Of a stretch of 47,490 bases of DNA, positions 15,622 through 25,800 are shown in pieces (positions within the stretch are counted from its first letter, which is position 1; each line of letters opens with the position of its first letter). Under the pieces are notes generated by a model that worked only from the letters and a program-made list of their open reading frames with translations, was not told where the DNA came from and searched no databases. The DNA comes from a virus. The DNA lies in the IMG/VR virus record IMGVR_UViG_3300011423_000003; one strand, 5' to 3'. Both the position numbers and the translations under genes were made by a program.

Positions 15622-18224
15622 TGGCAGCTCCTGTCATCCAGTCGTCATTTTCGGCGGGTGAACTTTCTCCGCTTATGTTTGGTCGAGTCGATCTTAACAA
15701 GTATAAGATCGGCGCAGCTAAGATGCACAACTTCCTCGTTGATTTTAGAGGGGGTGCAAGTAAGCGGGCGGGGACAAGGTTTGTTGGAAAGGCACCTTAC
15801 TGGAATTTAGACGTTATCTTCGTCCCTTTTATCTTCAACAATGACCAGACGTATTTACTTGAGATAGGTCATGGTTACATCCGCTTTATAACACGAGGCG
15901 GCTATGTTGTTGATGGAGCTAATAATATTTACCAGATCACTGGTTACTGGAACTGGTATGATCTGCCAAAATTGAAGTGGACCCAAAGCGGTGATACGCT
16001 GACTCTTGTGCATCCAAACTATCAGATAATTGAGATAATCCGTTATGGTCACACTGACTGGCGTGGTCAAGGCTTTTCGATCGGTTCTACAGTTGGTGTG
16101 TCGGGCGGCTGCGGACTTTCGGCAACGGCGACAGGGTATATTGATCCGGCTGCGGCCGCTTATGTTAACTATGGATATGCAATAACAGCTGTTGGAAAGG
16201 ATGGTACTGAAGGGTTGTTAAGTGGAATTGCCCGAATGGACAATACGCTTGATATGTCGGCACACAGAGTAACGATAAATGTCACTTGGGGAACGGTTCC
16301 TGGCGCTGATTATTACAATGTCTACAAAGCGACTTCAGGTGCTAATGCACAGATAACTAATGGAATGAGGATGGGTTTTGTTGGGAGCACTCGAGCCCAA
16401 GTCTTTACTGATACGAACATTTTACCTAACTTTACAAGGTCACCTCCATTACACAAAGACCCTTTTACACCACTTCAGATCGTTGAAGTCACTGTGACGG
16501 CGAATGGCTCCGGCTACGACAACTTTACACAGTGCTGGATAACCGATGCGACAGGTGGTGGTGCTGTTATCACTCCGATGATTACCTACGGCGCTGTTAT
16601 GGGCGTCAACATTGAAGCTGGAGGTGGTTATTATAGCTCACCTACCGTTAACTTTGCTGACTATGGAGTTGGACAAGGAGCCGCTGCGACAGCAGTCACA
16701 GGAAAACAGACAGGGACTTATCCAGGGGCTGTTGCCTACTTCCAGCAACGTCTTTTGTTTGCAGCATCAACAAACGAACCCTCGACTGTGTGGGGGTCGA
16801 AGCCAGGTGCTTATCACAACTTTGACATCAGCACACCAATCAATGATGGTGACTCGTTTGAGTTCACTCTTGCCTCACAGCAGATGAATGCCATCAAGTA
16901 CATGATCCCAATGCCTGGTGGCTTGGTGATGCTTACTGCTGGTGGCGCGTGGCAACTCAGTGGCACACAACAGTTCGCTCCAGTCACTCCGACACAAGTA
17001 ATGGCGACACCTCAGGCCTTCAACGGTTGTGCTGACCTCCCACCAATAGTTATTGGCTATGAGATCTTGTTCATCCAAGTGAACGGTTCCATTGTCAGAA
17101 ACCTCAGCTACAACTTCTTCGCGAACATCTACACAGGCGCGGACGTTACTGTGCTCTCAAGCCACTTGTTCTCGAACCACACGATCAAGAGCTGGTGTTA
17201 TGCAGAAGAACCAGATAAAGTTATTTGGGTTGTAAGGGATGATGGAGTGTTGCTGAGCCTCACCTTTCTGAAGGATCAGGAGGTGGCTGGTTGGGCTGTG
17301 CATAGCACCCAAGGATCGTACAGGGCTGTCGGCTGTGTTAGGGAGGGGATAAGAGATGTCGTGTATGCTGCGGTTGAGCGGGTGCTGCCGACTGGCGAAC
17401 GGATGCTGACTATTGAGCAGTTCCAACCACGCTTTCAACGGGCGATTGAAGACTCTTGGTTTCTCGATTGTGCCTTGTCACTCCCGATGTATCTTGGAGG
17501 TGATTCGTTAGATAGCTTATCACTCTCAGACAAGAATAACGTCTATCTATACACTTCTGGTGGAGCGATCTTTAACCAAAATTGGATTGGCTATGAGATT
17601 CGTGCTGGTGGAGGCAAGTTCAAAGTCCACACTGTTTATAATGCTTCTTCAATAATGACAACGATGCTTGTCCCACCAACAGACACTTTTGTCGTTGAGG
17701 AGTCTGGCGATCGACATATGGCTAAGCAAGCGGCCGGGACTTGGAAAGCCTCGTATCCTGTAAGCTCAGTCAGCGGTCTTGGTCATCTCGAGGGAATGAC
17801 AGTTACTGTCGTTGTTGATGGGAAACTACAGACGGATAAGAAAGTTGTTGCTGGGAAGGTGACGCTGGATGCACCGGGATCGAGTGTGATTATTGGGCTT
17901 GGCTATCAGGCCGATCTTCAGACGCTTCGACTTGAGTCACAGCCAACAATTCAGGGAAGACGAAAGAAGATACCGGCGCTGACGATTCGTGTAGCGGATA
18001 CAAGAGGACTGTTCGCTGGGATGACCTTCAATACACTGACGGAGGTGAAAGACTTGCCGCCATCAGTACTCTCAGGCGTGACACCTTCACTTTTTTCAGG
18101 CGATCTTCGGATCGTGATGGACCCTCTGTGGGAGGCCGATGGACAGATCTGTGTTCGATCAAAAGCTGGATTGCCCGCGAATATAGTTGCTGTTATTCCT
18201 GAGGCGACACTTGGGGATGACTGA
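15621..18224 (+). CDS. Tail nozzle / tail tubular protein B (T7 gp12-like)
   Basis: 867 aa. TAATG overlap with the gp11-like gene. Size and position match podoviral nozzle proteins. Confidence 0.6.
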   Translation: MAAPVIQSSFSAGELSPLMFGRVDLNKYKIGAAKMHNFLVDFRGGASKRAGTRFVGKAPYWNLDVIFVPFIFNNDQTYLLEIGHGYIRFITRGGYVVDGANNIYQITGYWNWYDLPKLKWTQSGDTLTLVHPNYQIIEIIRYGHTDWRGQGFSIGSTVGVSGGCGLSATATGYIDPAAAAYVNYGYAITAVGKDGTEGLLSGIARMDNTLDMSAHRVTINVTWGTVPGADYYNVYKATSGANAQITNGMRMGFVGSTRAQVFTDTNILPNFTRSPPLHKDPFTPLQIVEVTVTANGSGYDNFTQCWITDATGGGAVITPMITYGAVMGVNIEAGGGYYSSPTVNFADYGVGQGAAATAVTGKQTGTYPGAVAYFQQRLLFAASTNEPSTVWGSKPGAYHNFDISTPINDGDSFEFTLASQQMNAIKYMIPMPGGLVMLTAGGAWQLSGTQQFAPVTPTQVMATPQAFNGCADLPPIVIGYEILFIQVNGSIVRNLSYNFFANIYTGADVTVLSSHLFSNHTIKSWCYAEEPDKVIWVVRDDGVLLSLTFLKDQEVAGWAVHSTQGSYRAVGCVREGIRDVVYAAVERVLPTGERMLTIEQFQPRFQRAIEDSWFLDCALSLPMYLGGDSLDSLSLSDKNNVYLYTSGGAIFNQNWIGYEIRAGGGKFKVHTVYNASSIMTTMLVPPTDTFVVEESGDRHMAKQAAGTWKASYPVSSVSGLGHLEGMTVTVVVDGKLQTDKKVVAGKVTLDAPGSSVIIGLGYQADLQTLRLESQPTIQGRRKKIPALTIRVADTRGLFAGMTFNTLTEVKDLPPSVLSGVTPSLFSGDLRIVMDPLWEADGQICVRSKAGLPANIVAVIPEATLGDD

Positions 18225-18745
18225 TGACCGTTTATGAGAGACGAAAAGCGACGCCTGAGGACATTGAGCTGATTCTCAAGAACCTTCGCAAGTTCTCACG
18301 GAATGAGCTTATGATTGTTGCTGATATGGAGGGGCAAGGACTCAAGCAGGCGGTTGAGGGTTCGAGAGATGTTTGGTGTGGTTTTGCTGATGGGCACTTG
18401 GGTGTGATGTATGGAGTGCGGATGGTCAGCATTGTCAGCAATCACGCTTACATTTGGATGCTGACGACGGAGCTAGTTGAGAAGCATTGGGTCACCTTCG
18501 TCCGGGTAAGTGCTTTATTTCTGGAGGAACTTCTTGGACAGTACGATCGACTAAGCGTTATTGCACCGCTTCGGAGTGATATAAGCCAAAGATGGCTTCA
18601 GTACATTGGATTCAAGCAGACTGGTGTGACGAGGATGTATGGGATAAAGTTTAAGACTTATGAGTTAACTAAAGAGGCGCTTTCGAACGAAAAGCTTACT
18701 TGGTTGAGAGGAGATGAGGGATGGCAGCCGCTATTGGCATCATAG
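18224..18745 (+). CDS. Hypothetical protein at the gp13 position (possible GNAT-like fold)
   Basis: 173 aa with a TGATG overlap. C-terminal ...RWLQYIGFKQTG is reminiscent of acetyltransferase-fold ends. Weak call. Confidence 0.5.
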   Translation: MTVYERRKATPEDIELILKNLRKFSRNELMIVADMEGQGLKQAVEGSRDVWCGFADGHLGVMYGVRMVSIVSNHAYIWMLTTELVEKHWVTFVRVSALFLEELLGQYDRLSVIAPLRSDISQRWLQYIGFKQTGVTRMYGIKFKTYELTKEALSNEKLTWLRGDEGWQPLLAS

Positions 18746-19236
18746 GCGGAGTTGTTAGCGCCATCGGCGCTATGAAACAAGGCCAAGCACAAGCGGACGC
18801 TGCGAACTATCAAGCGCAGGTCGCGCGGAACAACGAGATTATTGCACTGCAACAGGCGAACCTGTCGAGGCAAGACGGAGCGACCAAGGCGCAGCAACAG
18901 GACTTGAAGGCGGCGCAGACGCTTGGAACGCAAAAGGCGGTTTTGGGGGCTTCTGGAGTTGATCTTGAAAGTGGGTCATCGAGGGAAGTGATAGCGAGTC
19001 AAAATGAACTGGCGCGCTTGGATGCTCTTACTGTACAATCGAACGCTGAAAGAAAGGCGTGGGGCTTTGATGTTGAAGCAACGAACCAAAAAGCCCAATC
19101 AGGGCTCTATAAAATGCAGGCTCAACACGCGAAAGAAGCGGGGATGCTGAACGCCTTTTCTTCGTTGCTTGGCGGCTTCGGAAAGGTTGCTGGGAAGTGG
19201 GGTAGTGACTCGGGTGGTGGGAGCTTGTTCTCCTAG
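18721..19236 (+). CDS. Internal virion protein (T7 gp14-like)
   Basis: Hydrophobic Gly/Ala N-terminus MAAAIGIIGGVVSAIGAM followed by a Q/A-rich helical body, as in T7 gp14. Position is syntenic. Confidence 0.6.
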   Translation: MAAAIGIIGGVVSAIGAMKQGQAQADAANYQAQVARNNEIIALQQANLSRQDGATKAQQQDLKAAQTLGTQKAVLGASGVDLESGSSREVIASQNELARLDALTVQSNAERKAWGFDVEATNQKAQSGLYKMQAQHAKEAGMLNAFSSLLGGFGKVAGKWGSDSGGGSLFS

Positions 19237-19245
19237 GAGGTTTAA

Positions 19246-22200
19246 GTGCCAAGAGCATCTTTATTGAATGTGCCTTACACTGGGACGCCGACTGTTGAGT
19301 CGAACGCGCCTCCAACTGCATGGCAAAATATTAAGGTAAGTGATGAACAGTTTGGCTCCCAAGTCGGAGCTGCGCTTAAGAACTTTGGTGGGACGCTTGA
19401 GCAGCTTGGTCAGACCTTCGGGGCGATCGAGGAGAAGAATAAACACGAGCTAGAACAGACGAAGGCTCGCGAGATCGACACTAATATGTATAAGGAGTTC
19501 ACGAAGCTCGATACTGAGTATCGGCTGAAGGGTGGGGAAGATGCTGTTAATGGCTGGGATGATAACGAGAAAAGAAGAGAGGAGATTAAGGCAAATGCAC
19601 TGAAGGCCGCTGGCGGGAATAAGCGCATTGAGCGGATGGTTGGCGCGAGCGCTGAAAGTCATATCCGCAGCTCATTCGGCGCTTCGTGGAAGCATAAGGA
19701 AGGGGAGATTCTTAAGTATGGGGATAAGGTGAGTGATGCTCGGATAGATGCGGCCTCGAGTAAGGCGGCGACCTCGATGAACCCTGACGATTTGACTAAT
19801 GCTTTCGCGGTCATTGATGGAGAGTCAGCGGAAAAAGCGAGGCGAGGTGGATGGTCTCCTGAACAGACTGAAGTCTTTGCGAATGACCGGCGAGCACAGA
19901 CAGCTTCGGCCTTCATTGGGAACGTAGCAAAGCATTATCCAGATACAGCACAGAAGTATTTTGACCAAAATCAAGAGGTGCTGAAGCTTCATCCAGGCGC
20001 TTTCAAGGCAGCGGAAGACGCGATCTCGAAGGGCTTTGCGGGAAAAGATACGGCTGCCAAAGGTTCTGACTTAATCAATGGTACAAAGCCTAAGCTGGAG
20101 GAGCGGAGGCCAATTCCTCCAAGGCCGCCTGATCCGACTGGACCGCTTAAGCTTCGTGTCCCGCTTCCAGCGACGGGGCCGAAGACAGAAGCTCCGAAAG
20201 AAGAGAAGAAGGTCGCGGCAGCTGATCTTGAGGAGCCACTTAAGAAACCGACTGGCTTGGCTGAAAAGGGAAACATTGATATTGATAAGCGGAAAGTGCT
20301 GAAGAACGCTGATGGCTCGTTCAGCACTGAAAAATCGTTCTCGACTAACATCGACGGAAAGGAAGTGCTGCTCCCGACGATTATCAATGGGAAAGAGGTT
20401 TCACAAGAAGAGGCCGTTAAGCACTATAAAAAGACTGGAGAACATCTAGGCAAATTCAATACACCTGAAGATGCCGACGCTTACGCAGAGGCGCTTCATA
20501 AGCGTCAAGAACAGAAGTATGGGCCTGGAGCAGAGACAAAGCCGGAGACGAAGCCTGAGACAAAGCCAGGTGCGAAGCCGCCTGCAACAGCACCTGATCG
20601 ACATAAAGTTACGGAACGTGAGTATCCGCCTGAAGAGACGGAGATAAGCGCGGCAAGGCGAACGTATGCTGTTGGACCAACAGGGACTCCAAACCACGCG
20701 ATCCCTGGATATACAGCAGGTAGTGCTGAAGTTGAGCACTATGTTGTAAATGCTGCGAGGGCAAGAGGAATTGATCCTGGGACTGCGTTGCGCGTTTATC
20801 ACAGCGAGGGTTCGGCCGGTTATAAGTCTTCGATCCCTGGTGAGAACTCTTGGGGACCGTTTCAGCTGTATACCGGAGGTGGATTAGGAAACGAGTTCCA
20901 AAAAGAGACTGGACTTGATCCGAGTGATCCAAAGAACTGGCAAGCGACAGTTGATTATGCACTGAATAAAGTGATTGAGCTTGGCTGGAAGCCTTGGAAT
21001 GGGGCGAAAGCAGTTGGGATTACTGGTTATCAAGGTGTGGCGAACGATGCGAGGCCTGTTAAAGTTGGAGAGGACATTCATCACGAAAATCCTGTTGATT
21101 TTGAAGAAGAGGACAACAAACCAACTCCACTTAAGGAACGGTCGATCATTGCTTATTCGAAGGCACAGCAAACAGGTGACTTGACTGTAAAGCCTAAGGC
21201 GGGGTCGAGGCTCATTCTTGCACAAAAAGGGCATACTAGAGATAAAGATCTTCATCCACAGTTGAATAGTGCGATTGAAGATGCTGCTGCGGCGGCAGGA
21301 GTGTTCATTCGAGTGACGTCTGGAGGCCAAACGAGTGATCGAAATCCAAGCAGGAAGGATCAACCTGGAGGTTGGACTGGTTCACACAGACATGATGACG
21401 GTCGAGCAGCTGATATTGATATACTTGATGAGAATGGGCGGAATATAACTGATCGAAATGATCCGCGGCGGCTGGCGTTTTTGAAAGAGGCAGCGAAGAG
21501 AGGAGCTGGAGGGACAGGCACTGGTTATATGAGTGATAATTTGAAGGTTCATGTGGGGATCACTGGAGCTTCGGGGGAGATTGGACAAGGACTTGGTGTT
21601 TATTCGAGACAGTCAACTGCAAAAGAGTTGGCGGCAGTTGAGGAAGGACTTAAAGAGGCTGGAATAACGCCTGGAATTGCTCGTGGCGGCGGAAGTGATC
21701 GGATAGACGGGTCTGGACCTGTCCGTTTGGCCGCTTATCACGGCGGAGCGACGATGAGTGACGCTCCACCACCTGAAGCAACGGCTGGGACACGCTTTGC
21801 ACAAGCAACAGTCAACGCCCCACGCGCTCCACAGATGGATGGACCGCTTACAGCCAAGTCAACGGACGCCGATCTCGAGGCCCGCATCAAGAACATGAAA
21901 GATGAGGCGAGAGCGCTTGGTCACGACGAGTCTTATGGAGAGAACATCGCTGCACAAGCCCGATCACAGTTTGCGACGATGAAGCGGACTGAAAACGAGC
22001 TAGATAAGAACGCGAAAGACGAGATGGGAAGGCTTGTCTATGGAGATGGGAAAGAAGAGGGAATTAAGGACTTCTCAGCGATAACGGACGATCCGAAAAA
22101 GCTCGAGAAGTTCCAGCGCTTGTCTGGACCAGAGCAAGCAACGATGCGAGCGCATATTCAGAAGAATGCAACTGAAGCGTGGGGGCCTGTTTCATCAGAA

Positions 22201-22809
22201 CAGCTTGATAATTGGGACAACCTCGTCGCGAACGCTCCTCACGACCCCTCGATGCTCGAGAACATTGATATGAGCAAGATTCATCCGCAGCTGAGAGCAA
22301 GGGTGATGAAGCTTAGGGAAGATGTGCTGAAGGGAGGTGGGGCGAGTACGATGGAGGCTCAACGAGTTGATAAAATCCTCTCAAGTCCTGACGTTGAGTG
22401 GCAGCTTAAACGAGCCGGACTCTTCGAGAAGAATGAAAAGGGGAAAGACGTTGAAGGGCCTGATTACAAAGAGTTTAGAGCCAAGTTTACTGGTCAACTG
22501 CGTTACTGGCAGGAGTCTAATCCAGGAAAAGGAGGGCCAAAGCAGGAAGATATTAACTTGATGGTAAATAGTTTGATTAGGAAGATAGATCAACCGCCTG
22601 AAAAAACTTGGTACGGTGGTAAGAGAGAAGTTCCGTCAAAGCCATTCTTCAAAACGCCACTGTCGGTTCAAGAGTCTAATCAAGTTGTTAATCAGTGGAA
22701 TGAGCGGAATCCGAGTAGGCCAGCTGCGACAGTTGATGACATTCCACCAGAAGCGGTTTGGCATTGGCGGAACTCTGTTAACAAGAGATCGGGATCATGG
22801 CAGCCGTAA
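19246..22809 (+). CDS. Internal virion protein with lytic transglycosylase-like and M15 peptidase-like domains (1187 aa)
   Basis: GTG start after AGGAGG. SLT-like VYHSEGS...SWGPFQL (Glu codon at 20806..20808). M15/VanY-like SHRHDDGRAADID (21382..21420). KPETKPETKPGAKP linker (about 20533..20580). Confidence 0.8.
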   Translation: MPRASLLNVPYTGTPTVESNAPPTAWQNIKVSDEQFGSQVGAALKNFGGTLEQLGQTFGAIEEKNKHELEQTKAREIDTNMYKEFTKLDTEYRLKGGEDAVNGWDDNEKRREEIKANALKAAGGNKRIERMVGASAESHIRSSFGASWKHKEGEILKYGDKVSDARIDAASSKAATSMNPDDLTNAFAVIDGESAEKARRGGWSPEQTEVFANDRRAQTASAFIGNVAKHYPDTAQKYFDQNQEVLKLHPGAFKAAEDAISKGFAGKDTAAKGSDLINGTKPKLEERRPIPPRPPDPTGPLKLRVPLPATGPKTEAPKEEKKVAAADLEEPLKKPTGLAEKGNIDIDKRKVLKNADGSFSTEKSFSTNIDGKEVLLPTIINGKEVSQEEAVKHYKKTGEHLGKFNTPEDADAYAEALHKRQEQKYGPGAETKPETKPETKPGAKPPATAPDRHKVTEREYPPEETEISAARRTYAVGPTGTPNHAIPGYTAGSAEVEHYVVNAARARGIDPGTALRVYHSEGSAGYKSSIPGENSWGPFQLYTGGGLGNEFQKETGLDPSDPKNWQATVDYALNKVIELGWKPWNGAKAVGITGYQGVANDARPVKVGEDIHHENPVDFEEEDNKPTPLKERSIIAYSKAQQTGDLTVKPKAGSRLILAQKGHTRDKDLHPQLNSAIEDAAAAAGVFIRVTSGGQTSDRNPSRKDQPGGWTGSHRHDDGRAADIDILDENGRNITDRNDPRRLAFLKEAAKRGAGGTGTGYMSDNLKVHVGITGASGEIGQGLGVYSRQSTAKELAAVEEGLKEAGITPGIARGGGSDRIDGSGPVRLAAYHGGATMSDAPPPEATAGTRFAQATVNAPRAPQMDGPLTAKSTDADLEARIKNMKDEARALGHDESYGENIAAQARSQFATMKRTENELDKNAKDEMGRLVYGDGKEEGIKDFSAITDDPKKLEKFQRLSGPEQATMRAHIQKNATEAWGPVSSEQLDNWDNLVANAPHDPSMLENIDMSKIHPQLRARVMKLREDVLKGGGASTMEAQRVDKILSSPDVEWQLKRAGLFEKNEKGKDVEGPDYKEFRAKFTGQLRYWQESNPGKGGPKQEDINLMVNSLIRKIDQPPEKTWYGGKREVPSKPFFKTPLSVQESNQVVNQWNERNPSRPAATVDDIPPEAVWHWRNSVNKRSGSWQP

Positions 22810-25800
22810 CCGATATTTTTGACTTGACAGAGACTGGAACGGAGCCAGCCAAGAGCGAACCTCTTGAGGAAAATCCATTCGAGGAAAGTGAACAAGATAA
22901 GAAGAAGCGTGGGGCAAGAGCACTGCTCGGCAATGCCGACGCCGATCCAGAAGCGGCAGGAAAATCGTTTCAGCTCGCAAAAAAGTATAAGGTCGATCCA
23001 GCGCTTGTTGACGTTGACTACCCTTCTTGGGAGAGTGATCTTAAGATCGGCGAGAATATCAATATCGTTAACTCGAATAAGGCGGTTCGAGATTACATTA
23101 ACTCAGATCCAATGGCGGCCCGAGTAAGTCACGATGATCTAGGGACACTTGATAAGATCACGAAGGGAATTGCAAACGCTTGGGCTTGGGCAGGAGAGAA
23201 CCTTAATCCAATCTCGACGGCGAAAGCGGAAGGAGCCGAACCTACTTTTGGACCGGCAAGCCCTCCAATCAAGCCAAGCCTTCCTGACAGCCACGATGTT
23301 GACTTCTCTTCGGCAGCGCACTATGGAATGGTGGCGACGAGGCTCGGCTTACTCGGAGCCAAGCTACAGGGAGCAAGTCCAGAGGAAGAAGCTGTCTTAA
23401 GGCCTCAAATCCAGGCACTTCAAAAGGAGTTGATGAATAGGCCTGAGTCGAACGGAGTGGTCAATTATCTAAAGAACTTGATCGGTGGCTTTGCTGGTCA
23501 GATGTGGGAGGGGAAGGAGCATCTTGCGACGCAAGCGACTGCTGGCTCGGTGATGATGGGGACTTTTGGAGCGATCGGAGGCCCTGTCGGTGCTGGCACA
23601 GGTATGGGGATCGGCTTCGCCGCTGGACTTGCACAGGGCTTTGCAACGCTTTCTGCTCAAACGTCAGCGGGCAACGTCTATCTTGCTATCGAAGACATCG
23701 AGGGCTTGTCAAAGTCGAACAAGCAAATAATTGCTGGTGGTGCAGGGTTGGCTGTTGGTGTGCTTGAAGCGGCGGGAGGGGCGCTTGTCCAAGACTTGAC
23801 GATGCAAATTGTCAAGAATGTCACTGCCAATGAGATTGGTAAGGCGGGGATCAAACAGATTCTTGGTGAGTTTGCGAAGGATACTGCTTTAGGAGGCGGT
23901 ATCAATGCTATGCAAACGGTCGCCGAACAGCTTGGTGAACAGATTGCAAAGGTTGCTGGGACTCGTGACCTGAAGACAATCTTGAATGACAACGGCGAGC
24001 GGATGAAGTTCGCTGGCGAGGTCGCACAAAGCTTCATCGACGGCCTTGTGTTGACGAGCATTCTTTCAGGGCCGTCCGCTGCCCTTCATGCAAGAGGATC
24101 AAGAACAGGCGATCAGATTGCAGCCACTCGAGCACAAGGCAATCAAGCACGACTCGATGATTTGATGACTAACGCTCAGGCGAGCTTGACTAAGGAACGG
24201 TCACCTGAACAATTCGAGAACGTGCTTGCACGACAAAGCCCCGATCCAGTGCTCTTCCTCGATCCAAGCATAGTCACACAGTTCAAGGATAAGTTTGGCT
24301 TCATTCCTAACCTCGAAGTTCAGATAGCCAACGCGAATTATCTTGGGACCGAGATACAGGTCAACCAGAGCAAGCTTGTTGCTCATCTTGACCCGACGCT
24401 TTATCCACAGATAAGAGATGGGGTCCGCTTCGGCTCGTCTGAGTTGAATCCAGCGGAGGCGCTCAAGGTTCAACAAGCTGAGATCCAGCGTCAACAGAAG
24501 GAGATGGAGCGGGCGGCGCAAATAAAGGCTGATCAAGAGTCAGGAGTGCCGATCCCGCCAAAGGAGAACATTCCTGATGTGGACTTGATTAGAGAGATCT
24601 TTGGGATTGACTCGAAGGAAGTGGAGCCAGCCGTTAAGCAAGCTGTTCAACAGGCGACGGAGCAGCTCAATGTTCCTCCGGCCGCTGCTGAGAAAGCACA
24701 AAGCTTGATTGACCGCTTCCTTGGTCGAAGACAGTTGCCAACCGCTGAACAGTTTGATGTTTGGGTACAGAGAGAAAATCTCAAGAACTTGTTGATGATT
24801 AAGCGGAAGCCACTGCAAGAGGCGCAAGTGTCGCCGACGCCCGAGGCGCTCTCTGTCGACGCAAAAGTGATTACAGAGGACACGAGTGGGCGACCGCAGA
24901 CACAAGACGCTTCAACAATCCAGCCGTCACCGAAGGCGGACAGTGAAGTCAATCTGACTGTGGAGATTGGTAAGGCCGAGTCGAAGACGCTGATTGACCA
25001 TCTCCGAACTTTGATGGATGCAGAGCTTCCTGACAACATAGAGGAGGCCATTCTTGGTCGAGCCCTCTCCCGATCGCCAGGCAACAAAGCGGAGTTGCAT
25101 AACTTCATTGACGAAGAAGCGAAGATCACGAATATTACTGAGCCGAAAGCTATTGAAGCTATTAAGGCTCAGGCTGACGCAGCACTGGCGGCGCTCGGGA
25201 CGCGTCTGATCAAGGAGAATACAGCTGCTGTTGTTAATGGACTGTCGGACAAAGACGCGCAGATGGTGGCAAGGGCAACTGCTCGGGCGCTTGATGAGTC
25301 TCGTTATGTGATGGCCTTCACTCCATTGTTTGAGAATGGAGAAGGCATGACTCCAGCTGGTCGTGCTGCCTATGAACAGCATATTCAAGATGTTCAAGCG
25401 GCAATGAGCGAAGCTGTTTTTGAGGCCGCTCGTGAAGTGACGGAGATGAAGGAGACGAAACGCTGGGCGGATCAAAAGGCGAAGATGAGGCCGGAAGCTG
25501 AAGAGACTGTAGCTAATACTCCAGTGATCATCGCTGACGAGTACTTCAGGACCGGCCGTTCACGAGCACTCGCCGATGAAGTGACTGATCTCCAGATGAC
25601 GAGGAGGGATGTAGACTCGATCTTCACCGCGGAAGAACTGACAGCGATGGGGATCAAAACCAAGTACTTAAGTAAGAGTGTGCTGATGCAAGGGATGAGG
25701 TGGGCCAAAGAAGACTCACCGAATGTTGGTTCATCTGATATGTTCGCGGAGGCCTTCGGTTACTCAACTGGCACTGATATGATACTCGATTTGATGAGGT

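Noticed and set aside
20533-20580. KPETKPETKPGAKP nucleotide repeats as a tandem-repeat or CRISPR-like element
   Set aside because: This is a short in-frame low-complexity linker inside a long ORF, with no spacer/repeat architecture.
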